Position numbers and translations under genes: made by a program. A stretch of DNA of 55,535 nucleotides, taken from positions 1 through 55,535 of the forward strand of contig JAUCBJ010007020.1 of NCBI GenBank assembly GCA_032718475.1, read 5' to 3'. This document shows positions 1 to 13,700 of this stretch, piece after piece. The stretch's first letter is position 1; each line of letters begins with the position of its first letter. A model generated the notes under the pieces. The model was not told where the DNA came from. It searched no databases and saw only the letters and a list, made by a program, of their open reading frames with translations. This stretch comes from Nemertoderma westbladi (lineage: Eukaryota > Animalia > Xenacoelomorpha).

Positions 1-1274
1 ACAAATAGCAGTATGCAGTATTCACAGATCAATCGTGCCAGTTTGTTTTGATATTTACAGAGTTTAAAGCCAGGTTGTTTGATGCGTAATTGCAGCCAGT
101 TAAAGGATATATGTCCTTGTAATTAAACCTACTAGTGTTGAGCTAAAAAGCATAAAACATAAAACACTAAAAAGCCGTTCTTTCGTGGCTTTGAAAAACT
201 CGTGACTACTGCTCTATACGAGGATACCAACTCCCTTATTCCACGAAGCTCCCGTTCAACACAGAGAAAGAGCAGTGAGATAGGAAATTTTCAGTTCAGT
301 ACTCTGTGATAGGTCAACATCAAGGATAACTCAAATTCTATTGGGAGATACAAAACAAGGCTATGACGCAACCTCCCTAGGCTTGTTGGCCGATTAAACA
401 GAGCCCAGATGCCTGCGTACAGCAAATCAGCCAATAAGCTGGTAACTTGCACTATTTTTAGCTGTAGATCACTTTGAGAGTATTCTTAGCGACTGGGGGG
501 GAACTGGCCAACAAGGCAAACGAATCAGTTATCCCACAAAAGCTTTTACATATTGCAACTAAATAGATTGTAAATTTGGATGGGTACAGTTTAGCACATT
601 CTACAATGAGATTATTAATACTAATTCGTGTGTCTCTCACCTAGTCCAGCACCTAATGGTTATTTTGTGTCTCTTTTTGGTAGGAGTAACATACGGGCAC
701 TGCTAAATAAATAATTCTCACAGACACTTTTAGAGTTCCTCTGTCTGCCGCTAGGGGGTGACTGACTAGGTCCACTAATTGTACCTCTACGCAAATGCTC
801 ATCTGGGCTTTCTCTCAGCGCATCTCATTATTCCCCACGTACGTGTTATGATACATTGTAATGTTTTAATATCTTATTTACAGTATAAATGTAATCCATA
901 CTTTATATTACTACACAGTACGTTACGTACCCTATAATACGGCTACTTTTTTTTTCATTGCAGTGTAATTATTATGAATAATAATAAATGAAATAATTTT
1001 ATTGTAGCGAGCGGTTAAAGACGGCCAAGTACTAACAATAGGGTTGATCACAGTGGGTGTTGGTGATTAAGAAGCTACGATGACGTTAATTGTAGACATT
1101 CAAGGTATCGGGTTTCTAAGGTCATCCTTTTATCTGAGCCGCTAGTGGAATGGATATCGAAGTGTGAGATTAAACAATCAAATTAGCCCACTTCACAAAT
1201 ATCTATAGAAGTCAGCCAATACTTTTCGATAAATTGGATGTCGTTGGTTTTCTGAGTCACTGTTGAGTCATGTC

Positions 1275-4200
1275 CCCCTCGCCCCCTTCCAACCGACCTC
1301 CCCAGATCCCCCTCGCCCCTTTCCAACCGACCTCCCCAGATCCCCCTCTCCCCCTTCCACCGACCTCCCCTCCAACCGACCTCCCCAGATCCCTCTCGCC
1401 TCCTTCCAACCGACCTCCCCAGATCACCCTCGCCCCCTTCCAACCGACCTCCCCAGATCACCCTCGCCCCCTTCCACCGACCTCCCTCCCAACCGACCTC
1501 CCCAGAACCCCCTCGCTCCCTTCCAACCGACCACCCCAGATCCCCCTCGCCCCCTTCCAACCGACTTCCCCAGATCACCATCGCCCTCTTCCACCGACCT
1601 TCCTCCCTCCCCTCCAACCGACCTCCCCAGATCCCCCTCCCTCCCCTCCAACCGACCTCCCCAGATCCCCCTCGCCCCCTTCCAACCGACCTCCCCAGAT
1701 CTCCCTCGCCCCCTTGCAACCGACCTCCCCAGAACCCCCTCGCTCCCTTCCAACCGACCTCCCCAGATCCCCCTCGCCACCTTCCAACCGACCTCCCCAG
1801 ATCACCCTCGCCCCCTTCCACCGACCTTCCTCCCTCCCCTCCAACCGACCTCCCCAGATCCCCCTCCCTCCCCTCCAACCGACCTCCCCAGATCCCCCTC
1901 GCCCCCTTCCAACCGACCTCCCCAGATCCCCCTCGCCCCCTTCCAACCGACCTCCCCAGATCCACCTCGCCCCCTTTTAACCGACCTCCCCAGATCCCCC
2001 TCGCTCCCTTCTACCCTACCCCACCCTCCAACCGACCTCCCCAGATCCCCCTCGCCCGCTTCAAACCGACTTCCCCAGATCCCCCTCGCCCCATTCCAAC
2101 CGACCTCCCCAGATCCCCCTCGCCACCTTCCAACCGACCTCCCCAGATCCCCCTCGCCACCTTCCAACCGACCTCCCCAGATCCCCCTCCCTCCCCTCCA
2201 ACCGACCTCCCCAGATCCCCCTCGCCCCCTTCCAACCGACCTCCCCAGATCCCCCTAGCCCCCTTCCAACCGACCTCCCCAGATCCACCTCGCCCCCTTT
2301 TAACCGACCTCCCCAGATCCCCCTCGCTCCCTTCTACCCTACCCCACCCTCCAACCGACCTCCCCAGATCCCCCTCGCCCCCTTCCAACCGACTTCCCCA
2401 GATCCCCCTCGCCCCATTCCAACCGACCTCCCCAGATCCCCCTCGCCCCCTTCCAACCGACCTCCCCAGATCCCCCTTTTAACCGACCTCCCCAGATCCC
2501 CCTCGCTCCCTTCTACCCTACCCCACCCCCCAACCGACCTCCCCAGATCCCCCTCGCCCCATTCCAACCGACCTCCCCAGATCCCCCTCGCCCCATTTTA
2601 ACCGACCTCCCCAGATCACCCTCGCCCCCTTCCACCGACCTCCCTCCCTCCCTTCCAACCGACTTCACCAGATCACCCTCACCCCCTTCCACCGACCTCC
2701 CTCCCTCCCTTCCAACCGACCTCCCCAGATCCCCCTCGCCCCCTTTTATTAACCGACCACCCCAGATCCCCCTCGCCCCCTTTTAGCCGACCTCCCCAGA
2801 TCACCCTCGCCCCCTTCCACCGACCTCCCTCCCTCCCTTCCAACCGACCTCCCCAGATCCCCCTCGCCCCATTTTAACCGACCTCCCCAGATCACCCTCG
2901 CCCCCTTCCACCGACCTCCCTCCCTCCCTTCCAACCAACCTCCCCCAGATCCCCTCGCCCACTTGTAACCGACCTCCCCAGATCCCCCTCGCCCCCTTCC
3001 ACCGACCTCCCTCCCTCCCTTCCAACCGACCTCCCCAGATCCCCCTCGCCCCCTTCCACCGACCTCCCTCCCTCCCTTCCAACCGACCTCCCCAGATCCC
3101 CCTCGCCCCCTTCCAACCGACCTCCATCCCTCCCTTCCAACCGACCTCCCCAGATCCCCCTCGCCCCATTTTAACCGACCTCCCCAGATCACCCTCGCCC
3201 CCTTCCACCGGCCTCCCTCCCTCCCTTCCAACCAACCTCCCCCAGATCCCCTCGCCCACTTGTAACCGACCTCCCCAGATCCCCCTCGCCCCCTTCCACC
3301 GACCTCCCTCCCTCCCTTCCAACCGACCTCCCCAGATCCCCCTCGCCCCCTTCCACCGACCTCCCTCCCTCCCTTCCAACCGACTTCCCCAGATCCCCCT
3401 CGCCCCCTTCCAACCGACCTCCATCCCTCCCTTCCAACCGACCTCCCCAGATCCCCCTCGCCCCATTTTAACCGACCTCCCCAGATCACCCTCGCCCCCT
3501 TCCACCGGCCTCCCTCCCTCCCTTCCAACCAACCTCCCCCAGATCCCCTCGCCCACTTGTAACCGACCTCCCCAGATCCCCCTCGCCCCCTTCCACCGAC
3601 CTCCCTCCCTCCCTTCCAACCGACCTCCCCAGATCCCCCTCGCCCCCTTCCACCGACCTCCCTCCCTCCCTTCCAACCGACCTCCCCAGATCCCCCTCGC
3701 CCCCTTCCAACCGACCTCCATCCCTCCCTTCCAACCGACCTCCCCAGATCCCCCTCGCCCCATTTTAACCGACCTCCCCAGATCACCCTCGCCCCCTTCC
3801 ACCGGCCTCCCTCCCTCCCTTCCAACCAACCACCCCAGATCCCCCTCGCCCACTTGTAACCGACCTCCCCAGATCCCCCTCGCTCCCTTCCACCGACCAC
3901 CCTCCCTCCCTTCCAACCGACCTCCCCAGATCACCCTCGCCCCCTTCCAACCTCCCTCCCTCCCTCCCTTCCAACCGACCTCCCAAGATCCCCTCGCCCC
4001 CTTTTATTAACCGACCTCCCCAGATCCCCCTCGCCCCCTTCCAACCGACCTCCCTCCCTCCCTTCCAAAGGACCTCCCCAGATCCCCCTCGCCCCATTTT
4101 AACCGACCTCCCCAGATCACCCTCGCCCCCTTCCACCGACCTCCCTCCCTCCCTTCCAACCAACCTCCCCAGATCCCCTCGCCCACTTGTAACCGACCTC

Positions 4201-5365
4201 CCCAGATCCCCCTCGCCCCCTTCCACCGACCACCCTCCCTCCCTTCCAACCGACCTCCCCAGATCACCCTCGCCCCCTTCCACCGACCTCCCTCCCAACC
4301 GACCTCCCCAGATCACCCTCGCCCCCTTCCACCGACCTCCCTCCCTCCCTTCCAACCAACCTCCCCAGATCCCCTCGCCCACTTGTAACCGACCTCCCCA
4401 GATCCCCCTCGCCCCCTTCCACCGACCACCCTCCCTCCCTTCCAACCGACCTCCCCAGATCCCCCTCGCCCCCTTCCAACCGACCTCCCTCCCTCCCTTC
4501 CAACCGACCACCCCAGATCCCCCTCGCCCCCTTTTATTAACCGACCTCCCCAGATCACCCTCGCCCCCTTTTATTAACCGACCTCCCTCCCTTCCAACCA
4601 ACCTCCCCAGATCCCCTCGCCCACTTGTAACCGACCTCCCCAGATCCCCCTCGCCCCCTTCCACCGACCACCCTCCCTCCCTTCCAACCGACCTCCCCAG
4701 ATCCCCCTCGCCCCCTTCCAACCGACCTCCCTCCCTCCCTTCCAACCGACCTCCCCAGATCCCCCTCGCCCCCTTTTATTAACCGACCTCCCCAGATCAC
4801 CCTCGCCCCCTTTTATTAACCGACATCCCCAGATCCCCCTCGCCCCCTTTTAGCCGACCTCCCCAGATCACCCTCGCCCCCTTCCACCGACCTCCCTCCC
4901 TCCCTTCCAACCGACCTCCCCAGATCACCCTCGCCCCCTTCCACCGACCTCCCTCCCTCCCTTCCAACCGACCTCCCCAGATCACCCTCGCCCCATTCCA
5001 CCGACCTCCCTTCCAACCGACCTCCCCAGATCCCCTCGCCCACTTGTAACCGACCTCCCCAGATCCCCCTCGCCCCCTTTTATTAACCGACCTCCCCAGA
5101 TCACCCTCGCCCCCTTCCAACCGACCTCCCTCCCTCCCTTCCAACCGACCTCCCCAGATCCCCCTCGCCCCCTTTTATTAACCGACCTCCCCAGATCACC
5201 CTCGCCCCCTTCCAACCGACCTCCCTCTCTCCCTTCCAACCGACCTCCCCCGATCCCCCTCGCCCCCTTCCAACCAACCTCCCTCCCTCCCTTCCAACCG
5301 ACCTCCCCAGATCCCCCTCGCCCCCCTCCAACCGACTTCCCCAGATCCCCCTCACCCCTCTCGAC
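1275..5365. repeat. C-rich minisatellite, about 34-bp core unit (ccaaccgacctccccagatccccctcgccccctt) with variant sub-units
   Basis: Tandem iterations are directly visible. A 297-bp higher-order period runs across about 2850-3800 (ORF-track repeats at 2892/3189/3486). Extreme C/G strand asymmetry. Confidence 0.97.
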
Positions 5366-5700
5366 GGCCCTCATCCTTATTCATTCGACCCACCTCCCTC
5401 CCATATTGTGGAAATAATAATTGTCATATTTATTTATGCCCTAAAAAAATATACCAGCTCAACCCTCAACAGTTTGGTTCTCTAACAATAAATCGTAAGT
5501 CAATATTAGGATATGAACTATCTATCAACTATCAGTTATTTACACTAATTAAGGATATGGAAATTGAAGTCTCAACTTAGTCAGGATTTAGGAGATGCTA
5601 AGTCGGCCAAAATGGCAATTTGTGGAATAAATTTTGTATAAATAAAGTGAATTATTTGAGTGACAAATATAAATCATCGTAAATATTAACATTCACACCT

Positions 5701-8700
5701 CAAACGGATGCAGAAATAGGAGAGGTATCCCTCGGAATGTACCAAACGGATGCAGAAATAGGAGATGTGTCCCTCGGAATGTACCAAACGGGTGCAGAAA
5801 TAGGAGAGCTGTCCCTCGGAATGTACCAAACGGATGCAGAAATAGGAGAGGTGTCCCTCGGAATGTACCAAACGGGTGCAGAAATAGGAGAGCTGTCCCT
5901 CGGAATGTACCAAACGGGTGCAGAAATAGGAGAGCTGTCCCTCGGAATGTACCAAACGGATGCAGAAATAGGAGAGGTGTCCCTCGGAATGTACCAAACG
6001 GGTGCAGAAATAGGAGAGCTGTCCCTCGAATGTACCAAACGGATGCAGAAATAGGAGAGTTGTCCCTCGGAATGTACCAAACGGGTGCAGACATAGGAGA
6101 GATGTACCTCGGAATGTACTAAACGGGTGCAGAAATAGGAGGTGTCCCTCGGAATGTACCAAACGGGTGCAGAAATAGGAGAGCTGTCCCTCGGAATGTA
6201 CCAAACGGATGCAGAAATAGGAGAGCTGTCCCTCGGAATGTACCAAACGGATGCAGAAATAGGAGAGCTGTCCCTCGGAATGTACCAAACGGGTGCAGAA
6301 ATAGGAGAGCTGTCCCTCGGAATGTACCAAACGGGTACAGAAATAGGAGAGGTGTCCCTCGGAATGTACCAAACGGATGCAAAATAGGAGAGCTGTCCCT
6401 CGGAATGTACCAAACGGGTGCAGAAATAGGAGAGCTGTCCCTCAGAATGTACCAAACGGGTGCAGAAATAGGAGAGCTGTCCCTCGGAATGTACCAAACG
6501 GATGCAGAAATAGGAGAGGTGTCCCTCGGAATGTACCAAACGGGTGCAGAAATAGGAGAGTTGTCCCTCGGAATGTACCAAACGGGTGCAGAAATAGGAG
6601 AGCTGTCCCACGGAATGTACTAAACGGGTGCAGAAATAGGAGAGGTGTCCCTCGAATGTACCAAACGGGTGCAGAAATAGGAGAGGTGTCCCTCGGAATG
6701 TACCAAACGGGTGCAGAAATAGGAGATGTGTCCCTCGGAATGTACCAAACGGGTGCAGAAATAGGAGAGCTGTCCCTCGGAATGTACCAAACGGGTGCAG
6801 AAATAGGAGAGCTGTCCCTCGGAATGTACCAAACGGGTGCAGAAATAGGAGAGGTGTCCCTCGGAATGTACCAAACGGGTGCAGAAATAGGAGAGCTGTC
6901 CCTCGGAATGTACCAAACGGGTACATAAATAGGAGAGGTGTCCCTCGGAATGTACCAAACGGATGCAAAATAGGAGAGCTGTCCCTCGGAATGTACCAAA
7001 CGGGTGCAGAAATAGGAGAGCTGTTCCTCGGAATGTACCAAACGGATGCAGAAATAGGAGAGGTGTCCCTCGGAATGTACCAAACGGGTGCAGAAATACG
7101 AGAGCTGTCCCTCGGAATGTACCAAACGGATGCAGAAATAGGAGAGTTGTCCCTCGGAATGTACCAAACGGGTGCAGAAATAGGAGAGGTGTCCCTCGGA
7201 ATGTACCAAACGGGTGCAGAAATAGGAGAACTGTCCCTCGGAATGTACTAAACGGGTGCAGAAATAGGAGAGGTGTCCCTCGAATGTACCAAACGGGTGC
7301 AGAAATAGGAGAGCTGTCCCTCGGAATGTACCAAACGGGTGCAGAAATAGGAGAGCTGTCCCTCGAATGTACCAAACGGGTGCAGAAATAGGAGAGCTGT
7401 CCCTCGGAATGTACCAAACGGGTGCAGAAATAGGAGAGCTGTCCCTCAGAATGTACCAAACGGGTGCAGAAATAGGAGAGCTGTCCCTCGGAATGTACCA
7501 AACGGATGCAGAAATAGGAGAGGTGTCCCTCGGAATGTACCAAACGGGTGCAGAAATAGGAGAGTTGTCCCTCGGAATGTACCAAACGGGTGCAGAAATA
7601 GGAGAGCTGTCCCACGGAATGTACTAAACGGGTGCAGAAATAGGAGAGGTGTCCCTCGAATGTACCAAACGGGTGCAGAAATAGGAGAGGTGTCCCTCGG
7701 AATGTACCAAACGGGTGCAGAAATAGGAGATGTGTCCCTCGGAATGTACCAAACGGGTGCAGAAATAGGAGAGCTGTCCCTCGGAATGTACCAAACGGGT
7801 GCAGAAATAGGAGAGCTGTCCCTCGGAATGTACCAAACGGGTGCAGAAATAGGAGAGGTGTCCCTCGGAATGTACCAAACGGGTGCAGAAATAGGAGAGC
7901 TGTCCCTCGGAATGTACCAAACGGGTACATAAATAGGAGAGGTGTCCCTCGGAATGTACCAAACGGATGCAAAATAGGAGAGCTGTCCCTCGGAATGTAC
8001 CAAACGGGTGCAGAAATAGGAGAGCTGTTCCTCGGAATGTACCAAACGGATGCAGAAATAGGAGAGGTGTCCCTCGGAATGTACCAAACGGGTGCAGAAA
8101 TACGAGAGCTGTCCCTCGGAATGTACCAAACGGATGCAGAAATAGGAGAGTTGTCCCTCGGAATGTACCAAACGGGTGCAGAAATAGGAGAGGTGTCCCT
8201 CGGAATGTACCAAACGGGTGCAGAAATAGGAGAACTGTCCCTCGGAATGTACTAAACGGGTGCAGAAATAGGAGAGGTGTCCCTCGAATGTACCTAACGG
8301 GTGCAGAAATAGGAGAGCTGTCCCTCGGAATGTACCAAACGGGTGCAGAAATAGGAGAGCTGTCCCTCGGAATGTACCAAACGGGTGCAGAAATAGGAGA
8401 GGTGTCCCTCGGAATGTACCAAACGGGTGCAGAAATAGGAGTGCTGTCCCTCGAATGTACCAAACGGGTGCAGAAATAGGAGAGCTGTCCCTCGGAATGT
8501 ACCAAACGGGTGCAGAAATAGGAGAGCTGTCCCTCGGAATGTACCAAACGGGTGCAGAAATAGGAGAGCTGTCCCTCGGAATGTACCAAACGGGAGCAGA
8601 AATAGGGGAGATGTCCCTCGGAATGTACCAAACGGATGCAGAAATAGGAGAGGTGTCCCTCGGAATGTACCAAACGGGTGCAGAAATAGGAGAGCTGTCC

Positions 8701-8960
8701 CTTGGAATGTACCAAACGGATGCAGAAATAGGGAGGTGTCCCTCGGAATGTACCAAACGGGTGCAGAAATAGGAGAGGTGTCCCTCGGAATGTACCAAAC
8801 GGATGCAGAAATAGGAGAGGTGTCCCTCGGAATGTACCAAACGGGTGCAGAAATAGGAGAGCTGTCCCTTGGGATGTACCAAACGGATGCAGAAATAGGG
8901 AGGTGTCCCTCGGAATGTACCAAACGGGTGCAGAAATAGGAGAGGTGTCCCTCGGAATGT
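5701..8960. repeat. 42-bp tandem repeat (ggaatgtaccaaacgggtgcagaaataggagagctgtccctc), about 77 copies
   Basis: Directly visible. The rare variant gtacataaat recurs near 6921 and 7925, indicating a 1004-bp higher-order duplication. Confidence 0.98.
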
Positions 8961-10550
8961 ATGTACCATTGACCCTTTTATGTTTTTAAGGGACATTTCA
9001 GGATAAATAATGACCACTAAGCAGCTAGTGTCAAACAGGCGGAAAAAAATACAATTTAAAAATTACCTTATTAATTAAACATAATTCAAATATCGTAAAC
9101 ATAACGTCAATATAGCAAACTGCTTTTATCTGTTCAATATAACTCCGTAATATAAGAGACACGTTGTACCGCCAAACATATTGTACCATCCACTGCAAGA
9201 GGTATACACAGCGTCTCTATAAGCAATTAATAATGGTGGTATACAGCACTAAAATACACAGACCGTAACAAAACCATACAAACCAACATGGAATGAGTTA
9301 GTCTCTGGTAGTTCGGCGATTAGCGAGTTGTAACGTTAAACCATCGCAGATCGGACTGCTAGAAGGGAATAGAATTAAGGCAGATGAGGAATCTCTGTAA
9401 GTCTTGGTGACGCTGTAAGTTAATAAGTTGGTATTTATTTAATGACATTAACTTCAATACTCATCATAGGGGCCAAACCCAAACTGCAACTCATTATGTG
9501 TAAAAAGGAGAACAATGAGATTAATTATTAATAAAATAATTTACTAAAAGTTTATTGTTTGTTTAATGTCTAAGAGATTTGCGCAGATAAATTCAGGAAA
9601 GTGGACAAAAAAATAGTGAAAAATAATTGCTGGTCGCAGCAGGAAACTTGGGAGGCTTCACTAGGAGTGCCAAACTAGAGGTATAACAATAACACTAATT
9701 TATTTACCTAATAAGGTTAGATGGATTTATCTGCGACGTTTCGGTGGCGAAATCGCAAACAACTTCTTCCAGAACAAAATCCGAATAGCCGATGAAACTG
9801 AGAAAATTCTAGAAACATAATTGAAGTGAATCTCCATTGGTCGCTGGGGTATCTTTGGCGAGGAATCATTGTGTTGGGTTTGTGAGCTCGGTAGGAGAAC
9901 GGTAGGTACCATCGGTTAGCCTCCGAACCCAGACAGAGCTGCGAGATCAGAAAACAAGGGATTCGCATTATATGCTGATCGGGGTTCCTAAGGAAACCCT
10001 AAGCTATAATTCGTAGGAATTACTTAGAGGGTTCCAAATGTTCGTTACATTTTGGCGCTGAAAAATAAAACTAAATAAATCTCCTAGGTAAACCTGCGGA
10101 ATTAACTAAATAAATAAATTAACCTGCAAGAGAAATAAACTAACTAGATTATTTTACGGTTTGTTTGGAGCCGCATAATAGTTAATGTTTTATTAAAACA
10201 TAAACATTTCGGCAAAATATTTGAAAGTTTCCCAATAATTTTGAATTGAAGAGAAACAAAATAATAAATAGATAATTGCAACTAAATGCAAAAACTACAT
10301 GCTTAATAAATTATTAAACTGGATAATAAAAGTTTCCTGCAATGCGACAGAGCAAAAAAACTAGAACCAAAATTGGTGAAAATGGCTGAATCCAGGAAGA
10401 GAATCTGATACGGTGAGTCGTTTACACACAATAATGAGTTGCCGTTTGTATTTAACCTTAAGAACAGCCAGACGGACAGACAGACAGACAGACGGACTAA
10501 ATAAAATGGTTTTATTGCTGTTTAGGGGAATTAATATTTAGATAAATTTA

Positions 10551-12752
10551 TTAATACTTCCAAAACTGGTTGGCACTGGTTGTTCCGCTGGTAGATTGCG
10601 CCGGAAGTCCGGAAAGAAGACGGAACCCGCCGGAAGGCCCGGAATCCATCCCCCCGGACAGCATGGCGTCGTCGTCCAGTTGTCTGGAGTACTGTAGTCC
10701 GCCGCAGGGGGCCTTGGGGCTGGCGGCCAGTCTACCGGCTGCTCTAGAGCCGCCCTCACTCTTAGCCGGCCAGGTCGGGAACATGGAGGGATGAACCGGG
10801 TAGGGCGTCTCCTTCCAGTAACCGTGGCCCAACGCGGAGTGGCAACTCGCCCTAGAAGAAGGATTGTAGGTGAGAAACTGATTCAACATATTAAAACCTA
10901 ACTCAGTAATGGGGGTGGGGAACCTAGCCTTAAGGGAGTTGTACGGGTAATCCGAGAAGTTGGAGAGTTTCTTAACGAGCGGCAACTCGGAGAAACCCGG
11001 CCAGATCTTCTCGCTGGGCGTCCCGAGTTCCTTAAAGATCCGGTTGAGCTGATCCATCTCGGACTTGCCGGCGAACAGCGCCTTCTTGTTGAGGAGTTCC
11101 CCCAGGATGCACCCCGCGGACCACATGTCCACCGCGGTCGAGTACTTCTTGGCCCCGAGGAGCAGCTCGGGACTCCGGTACCACAGCGTCACCACGATCG
11201 GGGTGTAACCCTTCAACGGGGACCCGTACTCCCTCGCCAACCCGAAGTCGCCGATCTTTAGGACACCGCGATGGCTCAGCAGTAAGTTACTGGTCTTTAA
11301 GTCTCTATGGAGGATCCAGTTATCGTGAAGATGACGAATTCCTCGAAGAAGTTGAATCATAAGAGTTTTAACTTCCCCGACACTAAACGGCGTCTTCATG
11401 GACTCCATTAGGGTCTTTAGATCGTGTTCCACGAAGTCCATAACGATGTAGATCTTATCCATGTTGGATCCGACTACAATCTCCCTCACTGTAACTATAT
11501 TAGGATGTTGGGCTTTCAATAAAGTGTTTATTTCCCTGAGAGAAGTTATAGGGAATCCTTCCTTCTCTTTCTCCATCTTCAACCGTTTCAGCGCGACGAC
11601 CTGCTTGGATTTATTGTCGACGGCGCGGTAGACGACCCCGTAGGTTCCCTCCTCGATCCGGTTGAGGCAGTGGAACTCCTCGACGCTCCGGCAGCCGTAG
11701 ATCGCGGGTAGGAACGCCGGGGAGACGTCCGCGGGGGAGGGAGCCGGGGAATCTACGGGGTCGAACTCCTCCGCGACGACGGGGCTACGACTGGGTGTCG
11801 CTACACCCACCGTCTCCGGGGCGACCGGATCGTCGTCGAACTTACTCGCGTCCGGCCGTCGGTAAGTCGCTACTTCCGGTTTATCCGCCGGTTTCTCCGC
11901 CTCGACTTTGCGACTTCCGGTTTCCGACTCGGAAGTCGAAGTTTCCGAATCGGTGGAACTAGATGTTTCGGAAGACGAACTCGATACAACTGTGTTCGAT
12001 AACGAAGGCTCAACAATACTACTTGGTTTTAATCGTTTATTTCTCGAGGATTTACTTTCAGTTTGGGGTGAGTGGTTGGCTTCCGGGCTCTTCGATCGCT
12101 TCCTCGCGATCCGCGTCGGTTTTTCCTCCCGTCGACGGATCTCGTCGCGACGGTACGGATTTCCGTTTAGTTTCTGTCTCCGGGAGTCGAACTCTCGCCG
12201 CGGCTCTCCCGGCCGTTTACCGAGGTAGTTGGACGTAACGAAGGAGACGGACTGGGGTAGCGGCGGGGGCGGCAGCTCTTTGGGGAGCGGCGGCGGCCGG
12301 GAGCGGATCGGGGACTCCCGTTGTCTCCGTCGCTCGTGGCGACCCGGGACATCTCCGCGTCGCCGCTCCGACGGTTCTCTGCGCCGGTCCCGGGGGTAGA
12401 CGATGTCGCGCTTACTGCGAGATCCATCGCTCTCAGTCCGTTTGTGTTTCTTGCGGTCTTTCTTCCGTGGCGGCGGCGGCGGTGGTTTAATAGCCGGGCC
12501 GTCGCCGTCCACTACTAACACTTCGTCGTCACTTACTCTACCGACAGATGAACCCCTAGATGACGTTTTACCAACACGATTAGCAAACCTAATACGTGTA
12601 CTCTCCTCTATTGACTTGAGTTTAGATTGTAAGAATACAGGGATTTCCTTACCGATTAAACTCGTTAGAATGTTCTCATCCTCCGAAAGATCTCCGGTAT
12701 TCTCGTCCCGAACTGGTGTCATTTCTCCCTCTTCCGGCTCTGAAGCAGCCAT
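10551..12752 (-). CDS. CDK11: Cyclin-dependent kinase 11 (PITSLRE family), 733 aa, single coding exon
   Basis: R/S/E-rich N-terminus, then a kinase domain with [55 protein letters not shown] and [10 protein letters not shown], followed by [10 protein letters not shown]. The ATG at 12752 is preceded by a possible 5'UTR acceptor (ttactaa...ttctcag). Confidence 0.96.
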   Translation of the reverse strand: MAASEPEEGEMTPVRDENTGDLSEDENILTSLIGKEIPVFLQSKLKSIEESTRIRFANRVGKTSSRGSSVGRVSDDEVLVVDGDGPAIKPPPPPPRKKDRKKHKRTESDGSRSKRDIVYPRDRRREPSERRRGDVPGRHERRRQRESPIRSRPPPLPKELPPPPLPQSVSFVTSNYLGKRPGEPRREFDSRRQKLNGNPYRRDEIRRREEKPTRIARKRSKSPEANHSPQTESKSSRNKRLKPSSIVEPSLSNTVVSSSSSETSSSTDSETSTSESETGSRKVEAEKPADKPEVATYRRPDASKFDDDPVAPETVGVATPSRSPVVAEEFDPVDSPAPSPADVSPAFLPAIYGCRSVEEFHCLNRIEEGTYGVVYRAVDNKSKQVVALKRLKMEKEKEGFPITSLREINTLLKAQHPNIVTVREIVVGSNMDKIYIVMDFVEHDLKTLMESMKTPFSVGEVKTLMIQLLRGIRHLHDNWILHRDLKTSNLLLSHRGVLKIGDFGLAREYGSPLKGYTPIVVTLWYRSPELLLGAKKYSTAVDMWSAGCILGELLNKKALFAGKSEMDQLNRIFKELGTPSEKIWPGFSELPLVKKLSNFSDYPYNSLKARFPTPITELGFNMLNQFLTYNPSSRASCHSALGHGYWKETPYPVHPSMFPTWPAKSEGGSRAAGRLAASPKAPCGGLQYSRQLDDDAMLSGGMDSGPSGGFRLLSGLPAQSTSGTTSANQFWKY

Positions 12753-13572
12753 CAAGTTTCCTGAGAACTTAGTAAAAAGATTAATTAAGAATATTACCTA
12801 CATGCAGAAATTATAAATCATAAAAAACATTGCAGTAATACGTTTGTGAATACCTTGGTATTGGTAGTACGGGTATTTACCGGTACCGGTAGGGAATTGC
12901 TCTTTCAATAATGGCTTACCGGTGTAACAGATATATTTCACTCCTCATACAAAATCACCCCCGGTTAAAATTTCCTAGTGTATTCTCACTCCCGGGGTGT
13001 ATTTTCCCTAGTGTATTTTAACCACCTCCAGTGAAAACTCACCCCTGCATTTATCAATTTTGGGAAGACTAAAAACCTAAACGGAACCCAAACGTACCCA
13101 AGCGGGAAAGTACGGAGTTATATCGGAGGCACGACTGCATTATATATAACGACAAACCAGCACTTATATACTGATATACATAATCTTGTATTACGTGTTA
13201 ACCTTCGTTTATTGTTTTGGTTCCCCTAACTCGCCTCTGTAACCTGCTCCTTTACTAACCTGCCTACAGCCGCATGTATATTATCAAACTGCCTATAGCC
13301 ACATGTCTATTATCAAATTATAATGTAAAATGCAGTGCTGGGCGTGTCGTTATAGAAGAAAAACGGAAAGAATATATTTGACTTAAATGCGTAATTAATT
13401 AATTAAGTAGAACCTGAATTAATGTACTGCTACCAGTGCTACCTAGATGCTTGCTAGATGTGCCGAGCTGATATTCGATGGTACCGGTACAAAGTACTTT
13501 TAGTTTCTCAGTATAACACACACGGTGCGTAGGTACAGTTTGGGTCATTTTCAATATTTTGATAATAAAATC

Positions 13573-13700
13573 GGATACATGACCGAACGTAATCAGGATC
13601 GAATGTAACATAGTTATTACGTATCGAACGTAACCGCAATCTACAAATTACTAAGCTCGAATGTAACATTGCCATTTTAAGGAGCAGGTTTCAGACGCAG
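13573..13700 (+). mobile_element. Truncated left end of the MULE-like MITE found intact at 45522-46084
   Basis: ggatacatgaccgaacgtaatcaggatcgaatgtaacatagtt...ctacaaattactaagctcgaatgtaacattgccattt matches 45522-45670. Confidence 0.8.

Noticed and set aside
730-830. CTCF-like motif ccgctagggggtg, shared with about 40278-40330
   Set aside because: Both lie in copies of the same dispersed repeat fragment. A motif match alone cannot support a regulatory call.
5701-8960. CRISPR-like regular repeat
   Set aside because: Units are head-to-tail with no unique spacers, there are no cas genes, and the context is eukaryotic.
1183-9017. Numerous long ORFs in all frames (Gly/Arg-rich, Pro-rich, LHPFGTFRGT repeats)
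   Set aside because: They are translations of stop-poor tandem repeats. Frames rotate with unit indels and there are no unique domains.
9717-9968. 83-aa and 61-aa minus-strand ORFs, or a possible alternative last exon of CDK11
   Set aside because: No recognisable motif. CDK11 already ends with a plausible C-terminus and stop, so this is probably UTR or intergenic.
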